From the IMG/VR virus record IMGVR_UViG_3300021977_000001: a stretch of DNA of 64,000 nt. One strand, given 5' to 3'. Positions 48,616-58,814 of the stretch are shown one piece after another. The stretch is from a virus. The position numbers and the translations under genes are program-made. Positions within the stretch are counted from its first letter, which is position 1; the number at the start of each line of letters is the position of its first letter. The notes beneath the pieces were generated by a model. That model was not told where the DNA came from. It saw only the letters and a program-made list of their open reading frames with translations, and ran no database searches.

Positions 48616-51600
48616 ATGGCCGATGATATTAAATTCGATGACGACCTAGATGATGATCTAGGTGGCGACATGATGGACTTCGATCTTGAAGCCCAGAACG
48701 ATGATCGCAACCCCGCTACTATATTTAGACAAAGCGCGCTAGCTAGCGTAAAGACAACAGTTAGCGATCCTAGCTTTGTCGGTGATGTGGTAAAGAAATC
48801 ACTTCCCACTGGCTATAAATCTGCTTTGGATGTGGCTGATAATCTTGCAGGAGGGATCAAGACCACCTACAACGAATCAGTACAAGCCCTCAAACCATCT
48901 ATCGACGAATTCAAACGTAATGCTCAGGTCCATATACCTAAGCTTAAGAAAATCCTACCTGATAGCGTAGGTAATCGCGTCGAAGAGATGTTGAAGATCA
49001 AGCCTAAAATGGAAGATAGCGTACCGTCTAAAGAACAGATGGAAAACGCCGCTATGTCTTCTGATTTAGATAAGATATTCCAAGTTCAGGCTGCGTCTGT
49101 TCAAAGCCAACAAGACCAACAAGCCCAAGAACTACTTCAAAATACTATCTCTGAAGAACGTACTGCAGCGCGTCATGATGCTAACATGACTGCTAATGAG
49201 AGAATGATTAATGCGTTTAATCGTTTAGTTAGCTATCAAGATAGCATAACCTCTCAGTTCCAACGTCGTTTATTAGAATTAAACTATCGTCAGTATTTTG
49301 CTCAACGTGACTTAGTAGATATTGCACGAGCAGGCTTTACTGATCTTGCTAACGCGTTATCAGCGATCGTTAAAAACACAGCCTTGCCTGATGAAGCCAA
49401 AGTCAATTTATCTGAGACCTATGCGGATGAGGCACGATCGCGTCTTGCCGGACAGGCACTAGACCACGTTAGTACCCGTATTGCAGGCATTAGTCAGCGC
49501 GTACGTAGTACGTTGGGTCAGAAGGTTAAACAGCACGTTGATAACTTTAAAGAGGGGTTAAATCAAGGCTCTGCATTAATGGCTACGGCCGAGTCGATGC
49601 AGGGACTAGAAGGATTTGGTCCTAAGCAGACAGGCAATCAGAAAGCGGCGGACCTAGCAGGTAGTTTAGTTGGCGATACCATAGGTGAACGTATTGGTGC
49701 TAAGGTGAGTGATCTTGCAGGTCGTACGTTAGGACGTAATGAACGCGTTATGGCAATGTCTAATCGACTCCAAATGAACGCGGATAATATACCCGAACTA
49801 CTTAACCAGTACGCCAGAAGCGCAACCACATCTGACGGTGTTAGAGGCGGTATTGAGGATTTCTTAAAGAGCATCATAGGTACTGTTGGTGGCAACGATG
49901 GTGAAGTCTTACATAATCTCAAGCAAGAAGCCTTAACGGCTACCAGTTTCGATATCATGACCCGCCGTTCGATAGTCGAAATTATACCAGGTTACCTTTC
50001 ACGCATGCTTCAACAGTTAGAGATCTTTAACAATCAAGATCCTAACACTGAACGTTTACAATATAGCGTCGATGGTGAAGACTTTGTTAGAGCCTCTACA
50101 CAAGCTGATCGTGTTCGTGAAGCGGTATTCTCTACTAGAGATAGAGAACGTCTTAGCGAGTCCACAGTTGATGTTATTAACAGCATCGACCCAGAAGACG
50201 TATTAAGTGCAGATGCTAAAGAAGCATTCTCTATTCAGATCTTAACTGATCTTAGAAACGGACGTGGGTATTTCCCTGAACGCTATTATAAAGATAGCAC
50301 ATTTACAGAAGTAAGTGACAGTAACGTTATTGATGAAATTAGAGATTTCGTTAAAGAACGCTATACGATCAATAGCGAGGGTAAGGTAGGGTCTAATCTA
50401 ACCGCTACTCAAAACGCGTTGAAAGATAACCAAGCTGTTAAACGTCTACAAGACCATTTACCTAACTTACAAGAATCGGTAAATGAAGCTGTATCGGTAG
50501 GTGATAAAGACGCGTTACGCGAATCTGGGCTAATTACTAAGGCAGAAGACGGTGTTACCGATACAGTCGATAGCGGTGCGTTGTGGTCTATGATCCGTAA
50601 CGATATCTCTACAGTCGTAGATGGTAAGTCAGTGATGAGTCAGGAAAACACGTTTACTGAGACCCAGGTAGACGATACCCAGGTTATTCAGACCACGTTG
50701 AATGACTCTATACGTGACCTTGATCCTGAATCACAACAAGCCGTACGTGAATCGGTACAAGCGTTTACACAGGAAGTTGATCCAACGGACACATCAATAC
50801 CTACGTTAGATGTATGGTCTGCTATTCACGAGACCCTAATCCAGGGTAACGGTTTAACTACTGCATTAATCGCTCGTATTGATACGTGGATGAACCGCGA
50901 TCAAACAGTAGACGATATACAATCTACAGGCGGGGATGATCCATACATTCCATACCTAATGGCGCTTCAAGATAAAAGCGTAACCTCAGATACTACGTTA
51001 ACGGATATTAAACTTATCCTGACTGACCTATCTGCTAAGATCACCACATTAGGTGAAGGCGGTACCGGGGACGGTTCGACAGTAAAAGTAGGTCTGGGCG
51101 GTGTTCTAGGTAAAGGCCTAGATCTTGGTAAATCAGCAGTCACCAACACCATGGGTGCAGTTAAGTCGTACTATGGTGGATTGTTCAATCTAGGTGGTTC
51201 AGCACTATCTACCGCTAAAAATACCGTCATGGGTGGTGTCAACTTTGTTAGTAATAAACTAGGCAATATGCCTGGTGACCTTTATATAGCAGGACAGCAG
51301 ATCCCAACGCTTCTAGGGAGTAAGCTTAAACAAGGTAAATATATTGATGAAGCAACCGGCAAGGTGATTCAAAGTGCCAAAGATATAACGGGTGCTGTTA
51401 GAGATATAGATACTGGGGAGATTGTACTGTCAGTTGAAGACTACGCTAAAGGTCTATTCAACCGAGATGGTGTAAGTAAACTTACTGGTGCTGCTAAATC
51501 CATTATAAAAGCCCCTGTTGACTTTATACAAGGCTACTATCGTGGGCTATACGGCATAGGTGAGATGGCGGTTAAAGGCGTAGCTAACGTCTCCTCTGGC

Positions 51601-54600
51601 ATTGAAAATATGCTTAACCGCCATGGTGATGTTTACGTCAAAGGTGAAGATGGACCGCGCTTACTTAAGATATTACTAGACAAAGGGATGTACTATTCGT
51701 CTAGAACCGGTGAGGTAATACGCTCGCTAAAAGACATCGATGGTGATGTAGTCGATGCAGATGGTAACGTTGTATTATCGGTTGAAGATATCAAGAAAGG
51801 TTTAGTTGATGAATCAGGTCGTCGTATTGAAGTTAAGTCTTTATTAAACCGCGCATTAGAGTTTGGTAGAGATACGTTACAGGCGGGCGTAGGGATGGTA
51901 ACCGGTACGGTTAAACGTACAGGTAAATTCTTATTCGGCAGTAACGATGACGGCACGCCTCAAGGCGGGTTATTCTCACGTATAGGTGGGATGTTTAGCA
52001 CCATCACTGACAACGTAAAGGGACTGTTTACACGTAGTCATGAGATGCAGGCTAAAGAAGTCATTATCAACTCCGACCTAACTAAGGTATTTGGCCCCTG
52101 GATGGATGGTGATCCTAACGACCCTGACCACCCAACCACTCCACCAGATGGTGATAGCTTTGATCCAAGTACAGTAGCTAGTAATAGCGCGCAGCACTTT
52201 GAAAAGATCAAAAACACATCAACCTATCAGGGCGATAGCAAAATAACATCAGTACGCGCTGATACGCTAGCAGCTAACGATAGTGTGTTTAGATCGGACA
52301 ATAGATACGCGTCATCGGTAAATCAGCAGAGTAAGGAACAATCTTACTTTAGCGACCTTGTACAACGCGGCCAAAGTAAAGCAACAGATCTGGCTGAGCA
52401 AACCATGCTACGTGTCAATGAAATGACAACAGGGTTATATTCTCAAATTAGCGAGAATGATACCTTAAACCAAAACGTGGTAAGCTTAGTTGATACTACC
52501 AAGGACGCATACACCACGGTTTCAGATAAAGCAACCGACGCATCTTTACAAGTTAAAGATTCAGTCGAAAGCTTAAAAGAAACTATACTTGATACCTTTA
52601 AGAAAGAGAAGGTGTTAGGCGATTCAGACGGTGATGGTATCCGTGATGGTAGCTATTTAGATCAACGTAATAAGGAAACGTTAGCTGAGAAAGCAAAAGC
52701 ATCAATTGCTAAGTCAGCACCTGGCGCAGCGGTGTTAGGTGGAGTGGCTGGATTCTTAGGCGGTCTTAAAGATAAGATTAAAGGATTTAGCTTATTTGGA
52801 GATGACGAAGAGGACGGTAGTTTCTTTGGTGATGTAGCTGGTGATGCGGCTAGTGAGATAGCAGGCGATGCCATTGGAGACCAGTTCGATAGGGATAGTC
52901 GTGAAGGTCGTAAGGCGCGCCGACAGGCTGCTAGAGAAGCTAGGCAAAGTGCTAAACCAGGCAAGCGTGGTATCTTTAGCAAGATTAAATCATTAGGCGG
53001 TCGTGCCATGAGTGGTTTAGGTAGTCTTGTTAAAACACCAGGCCGTGCTATACTTGGTGCTGGTACAGCCTTAGCGGGTATGGCAGGCGGTGCTATTAAA
53101 GGTGTTGGTGGTCTTGCTGTTAAAGGCGCTAGTGCTTTAGGCGGTGCGGGTAGTGCGTTAGCTACATTAGGTCGTGTCGGTCTAGCGGTGGCACGTGTAG
53201 CTTCAGGTCCGGTAGGATGGGCTGCTACTGCGCTATGGGGTGCTTATAAAGGCGCTCAATACCTTAACAGTAGAAGCGATGCTGATCCAATAGAAGATAT
53301 GCGTTTTAAACAAATGGGTATCAATACGGATGAAGGTGCACAACTACGTGCTATTCGTTTACTAGAGGAAGAGTCGTTAGATAATATTGAATTTAACGAC
53401 CGTGGCGAGGCTTTTCTACCTAAGGTGGATTATAACGATCTTATTGAAGAGCATGGAGAACGCTTCAATGTAGATAAGAACAATCCACGAAACCTTGAAG
53501 CCTTTGTACGTTGGTATGAAGGAACCTTTAAACCTACTCTACTCACCTATGCTACGTTAGCTAATCGTGTGGAAGAGGATATGGATGTTGATGATCTGGA
53601 TGATGATTTACCAGAAGATCAGCTGGTACCTTTCACCAAGAAGGCATATGAGCTTTTAGAGAGTTCACCTGCTATAGGTAATACTTCACCTTACTTTGAT
53701 CAGACCGTTACCCGTTCATCGGTTGATGAGCAGTATAGACGCGTTATGCAGGAGTATGGTGGAGAAGTAGATCTACCCAAGGGCGAAGCTGAGGTCGATA
53801 CGACCACACCAACCTATACACCACCTCCGGTTAAAGAAGTAGCGGTTCCTGAAACGGTAGTTAAAGAGCCTGACGATCAACTTACTCGCAAGTTGAAAGC
53901 GGCTGCTGTTGTTACCGGTGCAGGTGTGGTAGGCGCAGGTATGATAGGAGGTGGTTCAACTAACACGTCTTATCAAAGACTTGGTAATCGGTCTAACTAC
54001 CGCACTGTAAATACAACGGCACTCGGTGTAACGATGGGTGGTGCGATGGCGGTTAATACAGACAGCTATAGCACCATTAATACATCCGATGTGAAAACGG
54101 TTAACCCAATTGTTCAGCGAGAAGTCAAAACGACACCTAATGTTTATAATCTAGACGGTAGTCTACGCCTGACACCTGAGGAGATAGAAACAAGAAAACA
54201 TACCTACAATGACAATGTTGATACAAGGAATTTAACTTCTATCAACAATTTATCATCACAAGACTTTACCGGTAAGGCAATGTATCGTGATGATAACGCG
54301 ACCGTAGATACGTCTAATATCTATCGTGTTAATTTAGACGAGGTTATTAATCAACAACGTCTACGTAACCAGCAAGCAGTGCTGCGTGAAGAAGAACACG
54401 AGCGAGTGGTACTGGACGATCACATTGGTATGGTAAATCAAATTGCCGACAAGCGTATAAGCGCAGTTGATGCTCATCAGCAAATGTACTCTGAATTAGC
54501 CACGGAACAATTAGGACATATAGGTGCTATCCTAAATGAATCGCTCTATGTACAACAGTCCATGGATGATACGTTAAGACGCATCTATAAACACCTAAAA

Positions 54601-54756
54601 GGTGATGAAGAGTTACCAGTGGGTCAAAAGCCAACTAGCGGTGGTGAAGCAGCAGCCGAGCGTGCTAAGGAGCGTCAAGCTGCGGCTAGACGTAAACAGT
54701 TAGCCACCCAACGTCAACGTTCAGCCCCACCAGTAGGTATGGGTAAAACAGGTTAG
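48616..54756 (+). CDS. Tail tape-measure-like protein (phiKZ gp181-like)
   Basis: 2046 aa, divergent from vRNAP beta'. Has EIIPGYLSRML, repeated Y-x-G-x-x-x-P-x-L / G-x-Y-x-D modules, a DSDGDG motif and Gly/Ala hydrophobic stretches. Confidence 0.85.
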   Translation: MADDIKFDDDLDDDLGGDMMDFDLEAQNDDRNPATIFRQSALASVKTTVSDPSFVGDVVKKSLPTGYKSALDVADNLAGGIKTTYNESVQALKPSIDEFKRNAQVHIPKLKKILPDSVGNRVEEMLKIKPKMEDSVPSKEQMENAAMSSDLDKIFQVQAASVQSQQDQQAQELLQNTISEERTAARHDANMTANERMINAFNRLVSYQDSITSQFQRRLLELNYRQYFAQRDLVDIARAGFTDLANALSAIVKNTALPDEAKVNLSETYADEARSRLAGQALDHVSTRIAGISQRVRSTLGQKVKQHVDNFKEGLNQGSALMATAESMQGLEGFGPKQTGNQKAADLAGSLVGDTIGERIGAKVSDLAGRTLGRNERVMAMSNRLQMNADNIPELLNQYARSATTSDGVRGGIEDFLKSIIGTVGGNDGEVLHNLKQEALTATSFDIMTRRSIVEIIPGYLSRMLQQLEIFNNQDPNTERLQYSVDGEDFVRASTQADRVREAVFSTRDRERLSESTVDVINSIDPEDVLSADAKEAFSIQILTDLRNGRGYFPERYYKDSTFTEVSDSNVIDEIRDFVKERYTINSEGKVGSNLTATQNALKDNQAVKRLQDHLPNLQESVNEAVSVGDKDALRESGLITKAEDGVTDTVDSGALWSMIRNDISTVVDGKSVMSQENTFTETQVDDTQVIQTTLNDSIRDLDPESQQAVRESVQAFTQEVDPTDTSIPTLDVWSAIHETLIQGNGLTTALIARIDTWMNRDQTVDDIQSTGGDDPYIPYLMALQDKSVTSDTTLTDIKLILTDLSAKITTLGEGGTGDGSTVKVGLGGVLGKGLDLGKSAVTNTMGAVKSYYGGLFNLGGSALSTAKNTVMGGVNFVSNKLGNMPGDLYIAGQQIPTLLGSKLKQGKYIDEATGKVIQSAKDITGAVRDIDTGEIVLSVEDYAKGLFNRDGVSKLTGAAKSIIKAPVDFIQGYYRGLYGIGEMAVKGVANVSSGIENMLNRHGDVYVKGEDGPRLLKILLDKGMYYSSRTGEVIRSLKDIDGDVVDADGNVVLSVEDIKKGLVDESGRRIEVKSLLNRALEFGRDTLQAGVGMVTGTVKRTGKFLFGSNDDGTPQGGLFSRIGGMFSTITDNVKGLFTRSHEMQAKEVIINSDLTKVFGPWMDGDPNDPDHPTTPPDGDSFDPSTVASNSAQHFEKIKNTSTYQGDSKITSVRADTLAANDSVFRSDNRYASSVNQQSKEQSYFSDLVQRGQSKATDLAEQTMLRVNEMTTGLYSQISENDTLNQNVVSLVDTTKDAYTTVSDKATDASLQVKDSVESLKETILDTFKKEKVLGDSDGDGIRDGSYLDQRNKETLAEKAKASIAKSAPGAAVLGGVAGFLGGLKDKIKGFSLFGDDEEDGSFFGDVAGDAASEIAGDAIGDQFDRDSREGRKARRQAAREARQSAKPGKRGIFSKIKSLGGRAMSGLGSLVKTPGRAILGAGTALAGMAGGAIKGVGGLAVKGASALGGAGSALATLGRVGLAVARVASGPVGWAATALWGAYKGAQYLNSRSDADPIEDMRFKQMGINTDEGAQLRAIRLLEEESLDNIEFNDRGEAFLPKVDYNDLIEEHGERFNVDKNNPRNLEAFVRWYEGTFKPTLLTYATLANRVEEDMDVDDLDDDLPEDQLVPFTKKAYELLESSPAIGNTSPYFDQTVTRSSVDEQYRRVMQEYGGEVDLPKGEAEVDTTTPTYTPPPVKEVAVPETVVKEPDDQLTRKLKAAAVVTGAGVVGAGMIGGGSTNTSYQRLGNRSNYRTVNTTALGVTMGGAMAVNTDSYSTINTSDVKTVNPIVQREVKTTPNVYNLDGSLRLTPEEIETRKHTYNDNVDTRNLTSINNLSSQDFTGKAMYRDDNATVDTSNIYRVNLDEVINQQRLRNQQAVLREEEHERVVLDDHIGMVNQIADKRISAVDAHQQMYSELATEQLGHIGAILNESLYVQQSMDDTLRRIYKHLKGDEELPVGQKPTSGGEAAAERAKERQAAARRKQLATQRQRSAPPVGMGKTG

Positions 54757-54822
54757 GAGTAGCCAGACAAGGACGTCACCTCTTAATACCTATAATCAAA
54801 CTAATTCTTTAAGGAAACCGTT

Positions 54823-56697
54823 ATGGCTATTCTTTCAGATATCTTGGAAGACACGGCATGGTTAAGGCAGGCGTTTTTATTACGTCGGTCAGACATTGAT
54901 GATGTCGATAAGAAACGTCGCGTGTTTTCAATGGCATCCACTAAATACACGGATACCACGTTAGGTGGTAATTATACCATCAACAACCCGCCTCAATTTA
55001 CTCGCCATGCTGATATTAAAGCAAAGGCACCCTTTAGCCCGTCTAAGGGCATGGGGCGTTATTATAGTGAAGCAATAGACGATAACTCTATCACTCTACA
55101 TATGCGTTTTGGCGTAGCTGAGTATAACTCATTAACTACGTTTTTCACTAACTTCTTTGATAGCTCTATGGGGACGTTAGCGCGTACCGGTGAATCTACA
55201 GGAGTATTGTACAACATTGGTAAAGTAGCGGGATTCCTATTTGCTATCCCTTTACTTCCTTTTGTAGTAGCAGGGCGTATTTATCGATTCTTAGATGATA
55301 AACCGTACAGTAAATACTACTACCTTAAACCCACCATGCCTCTTTACTGGGGTGCGGTTAACACCATTGTTAATAACCTAGCGGTTAATATGGGTCTGAT
55401 AGGGGCAGCCGATATCGATTCCTACACCGTCAATGCTGAGGGTAAGGCAGAGCCTAATTACGAGGCAGGGTTAACGTCTAAAGAAATAGAAGCGTTTAAT
55501 AAACTCTTACCTGATGTCTTTCGAGGGGATGGAGGGGTTGATATCTACGCTATCGCTAACCGTGCTCAGCGTATTCGTAATCGACAGATTGTCTTACAGC
55601 AGGCTGCTTTACAAAATGCCACAACCAGCGATGGTCTAGCCAGCGCTGCTACTAGGCTAACTGAGCAGGATATTGGACCAGTGCCAGCAGGTTCGTCACT
55701 TAAAGCCTATATGGCGCGCTATCATTCGACGTCGATGGCGCGCGGTGCTGATGCCGATAAGGAGAAACAAGACCCCATTGGTTCTTGGGAATCTGGGTTC
55801 TTTGAGCATTTATCCAGTGAATTATCAGATGGTTCACATTGGGTAAGTTTCAAAGTTAATCCTGACCGTTCTATTAACGAATCGTTTAGTAACACAACTG
55901 GCGAGTCTGATATAGCTAGTAAGATTAACGGTATGTCGTCCTCAGCACGCTCTGCAAGGTTTTCTACCTTAGATGGTAATATCGGTGACGGTGTTATCTC
56001 GGGCGCTATAGAGGGGATTATAGGTGGCGCTAAGGATGTATTAGCAGGTGTAGCCGATGGTGTAGGCTTATCTGGATTAGCAGCATTAGGTGGTAGTGCG
56101 TTTGTTGATATCCCTGAACACTGGCAGGATTCAGTTGCTGAGCTCCCTAGTGAATCTTACACGCTTGAATTAAGAGCACCGTACGGTAACAAGATGAGTA
56201 TATTTACAAACATCTATGTTCCACTAGCGATGATCCTAGCAGGTGCTTTGCCTCTATCTACCGGTGCGCAGTCGTATACAAGTCCTTTCCTTTGCGACTT
56301 GTTTGTTAAAGGACGTCAACAGTCTAGACTATCTATTATTGACAGCGTGTCTATTACTCGTGGCGTGGGTAATATAGGCTGGTCTGTAGATCATCTACCC
56401 ACCGGTATTGATGTTACTATTTCTATCAAGGATCTATCTACGGTCATGCACATGCCATTAAACGATAGTCCTGGGCTGTTTGATGATGATTCTGCGTTTA
56501 GTGATTACATGGGTATATTAGGTGGTCTTGGTCTAACTGAACAGTTTTATCCTGTTCAGAAACTCAAACGTCGCTTTGTACAAGCAGCGCAAGAGTTTGA
56601 CAAATGGACATCACCTGCGTTCTATGCGCAGCATGTCTCAGCGTCTATTCCTGGACGTATATTAGCAGCAGTAGCACGTAACACCGGACGTGGTTAA
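54823..56697 (+). CDS. Baseplate/tail protein (phiKZ gp182-like)
   Basis: 624 aa after the tape measure; DTTLGGNYTINNPPQFTRHAD, GMGRYYSEAIDDN. Confidence 0.75.
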   Translation: MAILSDILEDTAWLRQAFLLRRSDIDDVDKKRRVFSMASTKYTDTTLGGNYTINNPPQFTRHADIKAKAPFSPSKGMGRYYSEAIDDNSITLHMRFGVAEYNSLTTFFTNFFDSSMGTLARTGESTGVLYNIGKVAGFLFAIPLLPFVVAGRIYRFLDDKPYSKYYYLKPTMPLYWGAVNTIVNNLAVNMGLIGAADIDSYTVNAEGKAEPNYEAGLTSKEIEAFNKLLPDVFRGDGGVDIYAIANRAQRIRNRQIVLQQAALQNATTSDGLASAATRLTEQDIGPVPAGSSLKAYMARYHSTSMARGADADKEKQDPIGSWESGFFEHLSSELSDGSHWVSFKVNPDRSINESFSNTTGESDIASKINGMSSSARSARFSTLDGNIGDGVISGAIEGIIGGAKDVLAGVADGVGLSGLAALGGSAFVDIPEHWQDSVAELPSESYTLELRAPYGNKMSIFTNIYVPLAMILAGALPLSTGAQSYTSPFLCDLFVKGRQQSRLSIIDSVSITRGVGNIGWSVDHLPTGIDVTISIKDLSTVMHMPLNDSPGLFDDDSAFSDYMGILGGLGLTEQFYPVQKLKRRFVQAAQEFDKWTSPAFYAQHVSASIPGRILAAVARNTGRG

Positions 56698-56698
56698 T

Positions 56699-56749
56699 AC
56701 GGCATAACCTACCTCTACCCATATTAGGTAGAGGTAAGGTTTTATGCGG
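56699..56749. terminator. Bidirectional terminator with ACGGCATA / TTTATGCGG flanks
   Basis: ACCTCTACC-loop-GGTAGAGGT stem between convergent genes. Confidence 0.75.
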
Positions 56750-57707
56750 TTAGACCGTTAGCGTAGTTTGTTTTATTAAAACGTTGAAGCAGTGTTGACT
56801 GACTTTCGCTAGGCGTTGACTCTGCAATCATTATAGCAGTAGAGGTTTCTTGTTGCGTAGATAATACTTTCTTAGCATCATCAGACATACCACGAAGACT
56901 ACTCACATCCTGCACGCTATCACCTAGTGTATCGCTTTTCATCCAAGAAGGATCTATTGTTTTAATCTGACCAATTAACGTCGCGCCTGCAGCAGCATAA
57001 GCGTTGGGATTACTCTCATTAGCAAGGCTGTAGTTCTTTAATAACGTATTAACAATATTAGGACTTTGTGCTTTAAGCTTCTCAGATCCTACCAGACGAG
57101 ATAAAGAAGCTAAGCTAGCCGCGTCACCTTTTTTAGCCGCAACAATACCCTGCTTAGCAATACGGGTAGCGTTAAAATCTAAACCTGCTACGTCGGCAAG
57201 ACAGTCTATTAGACCAGCTAGGCCTAGTAGCAACGCTTCAAGTAATAATGTATCGTTAACCGCTCTTGCAGTAGTTCTATCTTCAATACCCAACCCACTA
57301 CAAACTCCATGGATCTGCTCAACCATGGCTTGAAACTTCTTAGACTCATTAAGTTCAGTAGTGATACCTTTTACAATAGTACCGTCTAATAGTTTAACCG
57401 TTTTCTGCCCTACTGTGCTATCTTCCTTTAAGAAGGTATTAAGGTTCTTAACGGCGGTCGCACTTAAGTTACTAATGGAAAAGGTAGAGCCCGTTGCTGA
57501 CGATATATCACTACTTGATGCAGTAGTAGCAGCTTTGCTCTTTACTTCCGTCACCGCCCGTTCTATAGCGCTACCGCTCTTATTAGCGGGTTTGCTAATG
57601 CTATCGACTAGCGACGATGAACTAGGAGCATTGCTCGCTCCGTCGCCAGGTGTGAATAAGTCCACTACCTTAGGAAGTGATTTCGTTGCCGTGGTAAATA
57701 AACTCAT
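56742..57707 (-). CDS. Probable virion structural protein
   Basis: Start moved to the ATG at 57707 (RBS AAGGAG); Ser/Ala-rich N-terminus. Confidence 0.6.
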   Translation of the reverse strand: MSLFTTATKSLPKVVDLFTPGDGASNAPSSSSLVDSISKPANKSGSAIERAVTEVKSKAATTASSSDISSATGSTFSISNLSATAVKNLNTFLKEDSTVGQKTVKLLDGTIVKGITTELNESKKFQAMVEQIHGVCSGLGIEDRTTARAVNDTLLLEALLLGLAGLIDCLADVAGLDFNATRIAKQGIVAAKKGDAASLASLSRLVGSEKLKAQSPNIVNTLLKNYSLANESNPNAYAAAGATLIGQIKTIDPSWMKSDTLGDSVQDVSSLRGMSDDAKKVLSTQQETSTAIMIAESTPSESQSTLLQRFNKTNYANGLTA

Positions 57708-57816
57708 TAAAGGACTCCTTGCGGACAAAAAAGAAACAATACAATGGTCGGACCTGCCTGGGTTAGAGACAGGTCGACGCATCGTTAATTTTAGTAAAGG
57801 GCTTTACTTTTGTATT

Positions 57817-58212
57817 TTAATCTTCACCTGAGTCAGGTTCATGATGTTCTGAGAATTGAAGTTCTACACTATGTTCGGTTACTTTCTTACGAATCGTTAA
57901 CTGAACGCTAAAACGTATCCGTGTTGCACCTAAAAAGCGCATCATCTTTAGAAACGTTTTAATCGTCATTGGGTCAGAGGCCATTTGTTTATTAATATTG
58001 CCTCTTGCCGTATGACGGGGTTTACCTGTACGTGGAAGTTCGTTGATAGGATCGTTGAGATACGTATCCATGCGACGGTTCCATCCCATAGGTGTGATAT
58101 TAAAATCATCTAATATAACACGGAACAAGCGACTTAACGCACCTCTTGCTGCTAGTGTTTTCTTATTAGGGTCTTGTAATATCTCATGCACGCGAAATTT
58201 GTCATCAACCAT
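57817..58212 (-). CDS. Conserved hypothetical protein
   Basis: 131 aa, basic; RGNINKQMASDPMTIKTFLKMMRFLG. Confidence 0.7.
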   Translation of the reverse strand: MVDDKFRVHEILQDPNKKTLAARGALSRLFRVILDDFNITPMGWNRRMDTYLNDPINELPRTGKPRHTARGNINKQMASDPMTIKTFLKMMRFLGATRIRFSVQLTIRKKVTEHSVELQFSEHHEPDSGED

Positions 58213-58735
58213 AGTCGTTTAAAATCACTTTTTCAAGTGCCTCCAGCATTTGTCCTATATCTTGAAATAAACGCATCATCCGTCGGGAGTAATAACTGTA
58301 CCGCGCAGTATCTTCTTTCTCCATGATTAACATACTATCATGAATAGGTCTAACTGCTTCAGTTATAGCGTCCCAAAACCGTTGGATATCGATGTCGTAT
58401 TGCTCGTCATCTACCAGCCAGGCGTCCAAGGTTAAGGTGGTGCGTTTGGTGCTAACAGGTATTGCTTCCACAGGAATCTCTTCCTTGTTTTCAATAGCCT
58501 GCTTTACAATGTTTATGAATGCCATCATTTGCCCTGCATTAGCATGCCAGACAATTAACGTGATAGCTTTACCGTCCTTAGGTCGGTAAAAAGCAAAGTC
58601 TTGAGCGGTATAAAGAGAGACCAAACCACCAAGGATCTTTGCATTCATATTATTACGCATGGTTTTAAACTGGGTGCGAAATAACACAATACGCAACCAT
58701 AGTTTAATGCGATACCAGCGAGAGGGTAATGTCAT
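58205..58735 (-). CDS. Conserved hypothetical protein
   Basis: 176 aa downstream of the early promoter at 58772. Confidence 0.7.
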   Translation of the reverse strand: MTLPSRWYRIKLWLRIVLFRTQFKTMRNNMNAKILGGLVSLYTAQDFAFYRPKDGKAITLIVWHANAGQMMAFINIVKQAIENKEEIPVEAIPVSTKRTTLTLDAWLVDDEQYDIDIQRFWDAITEAVRPIHDSMLIMEKEDTARYSYYSRRMMRLFQDIGQMLEALEKVILNDYG

Positions 58736-58771
58736 AGTTACCTCATTACTATATTATCATCACTCACCACA

Positions 58772-58779
58772 GTAATATA
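58772..58779 (-). promoter_or_regulatory. Early promoter TATATTAC (divergent TATATTAT on + at about 58751)
   Basis: Minus strand TTCACCTATATTAC. Confidence 0.7.
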
Positions 58780-58814
58780 GGTGAATAATTTATACGAATC
58801 TTAGGGAGGCGAAT

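Noticed and set aside
52615-52650. DSDGDG (DxDxDG calcium-loop-like) motif in the tape-measure protein
   Set aside because: It is real, but I recall it as a usual feature of gp181-like proteins, so it is not treated as novel.
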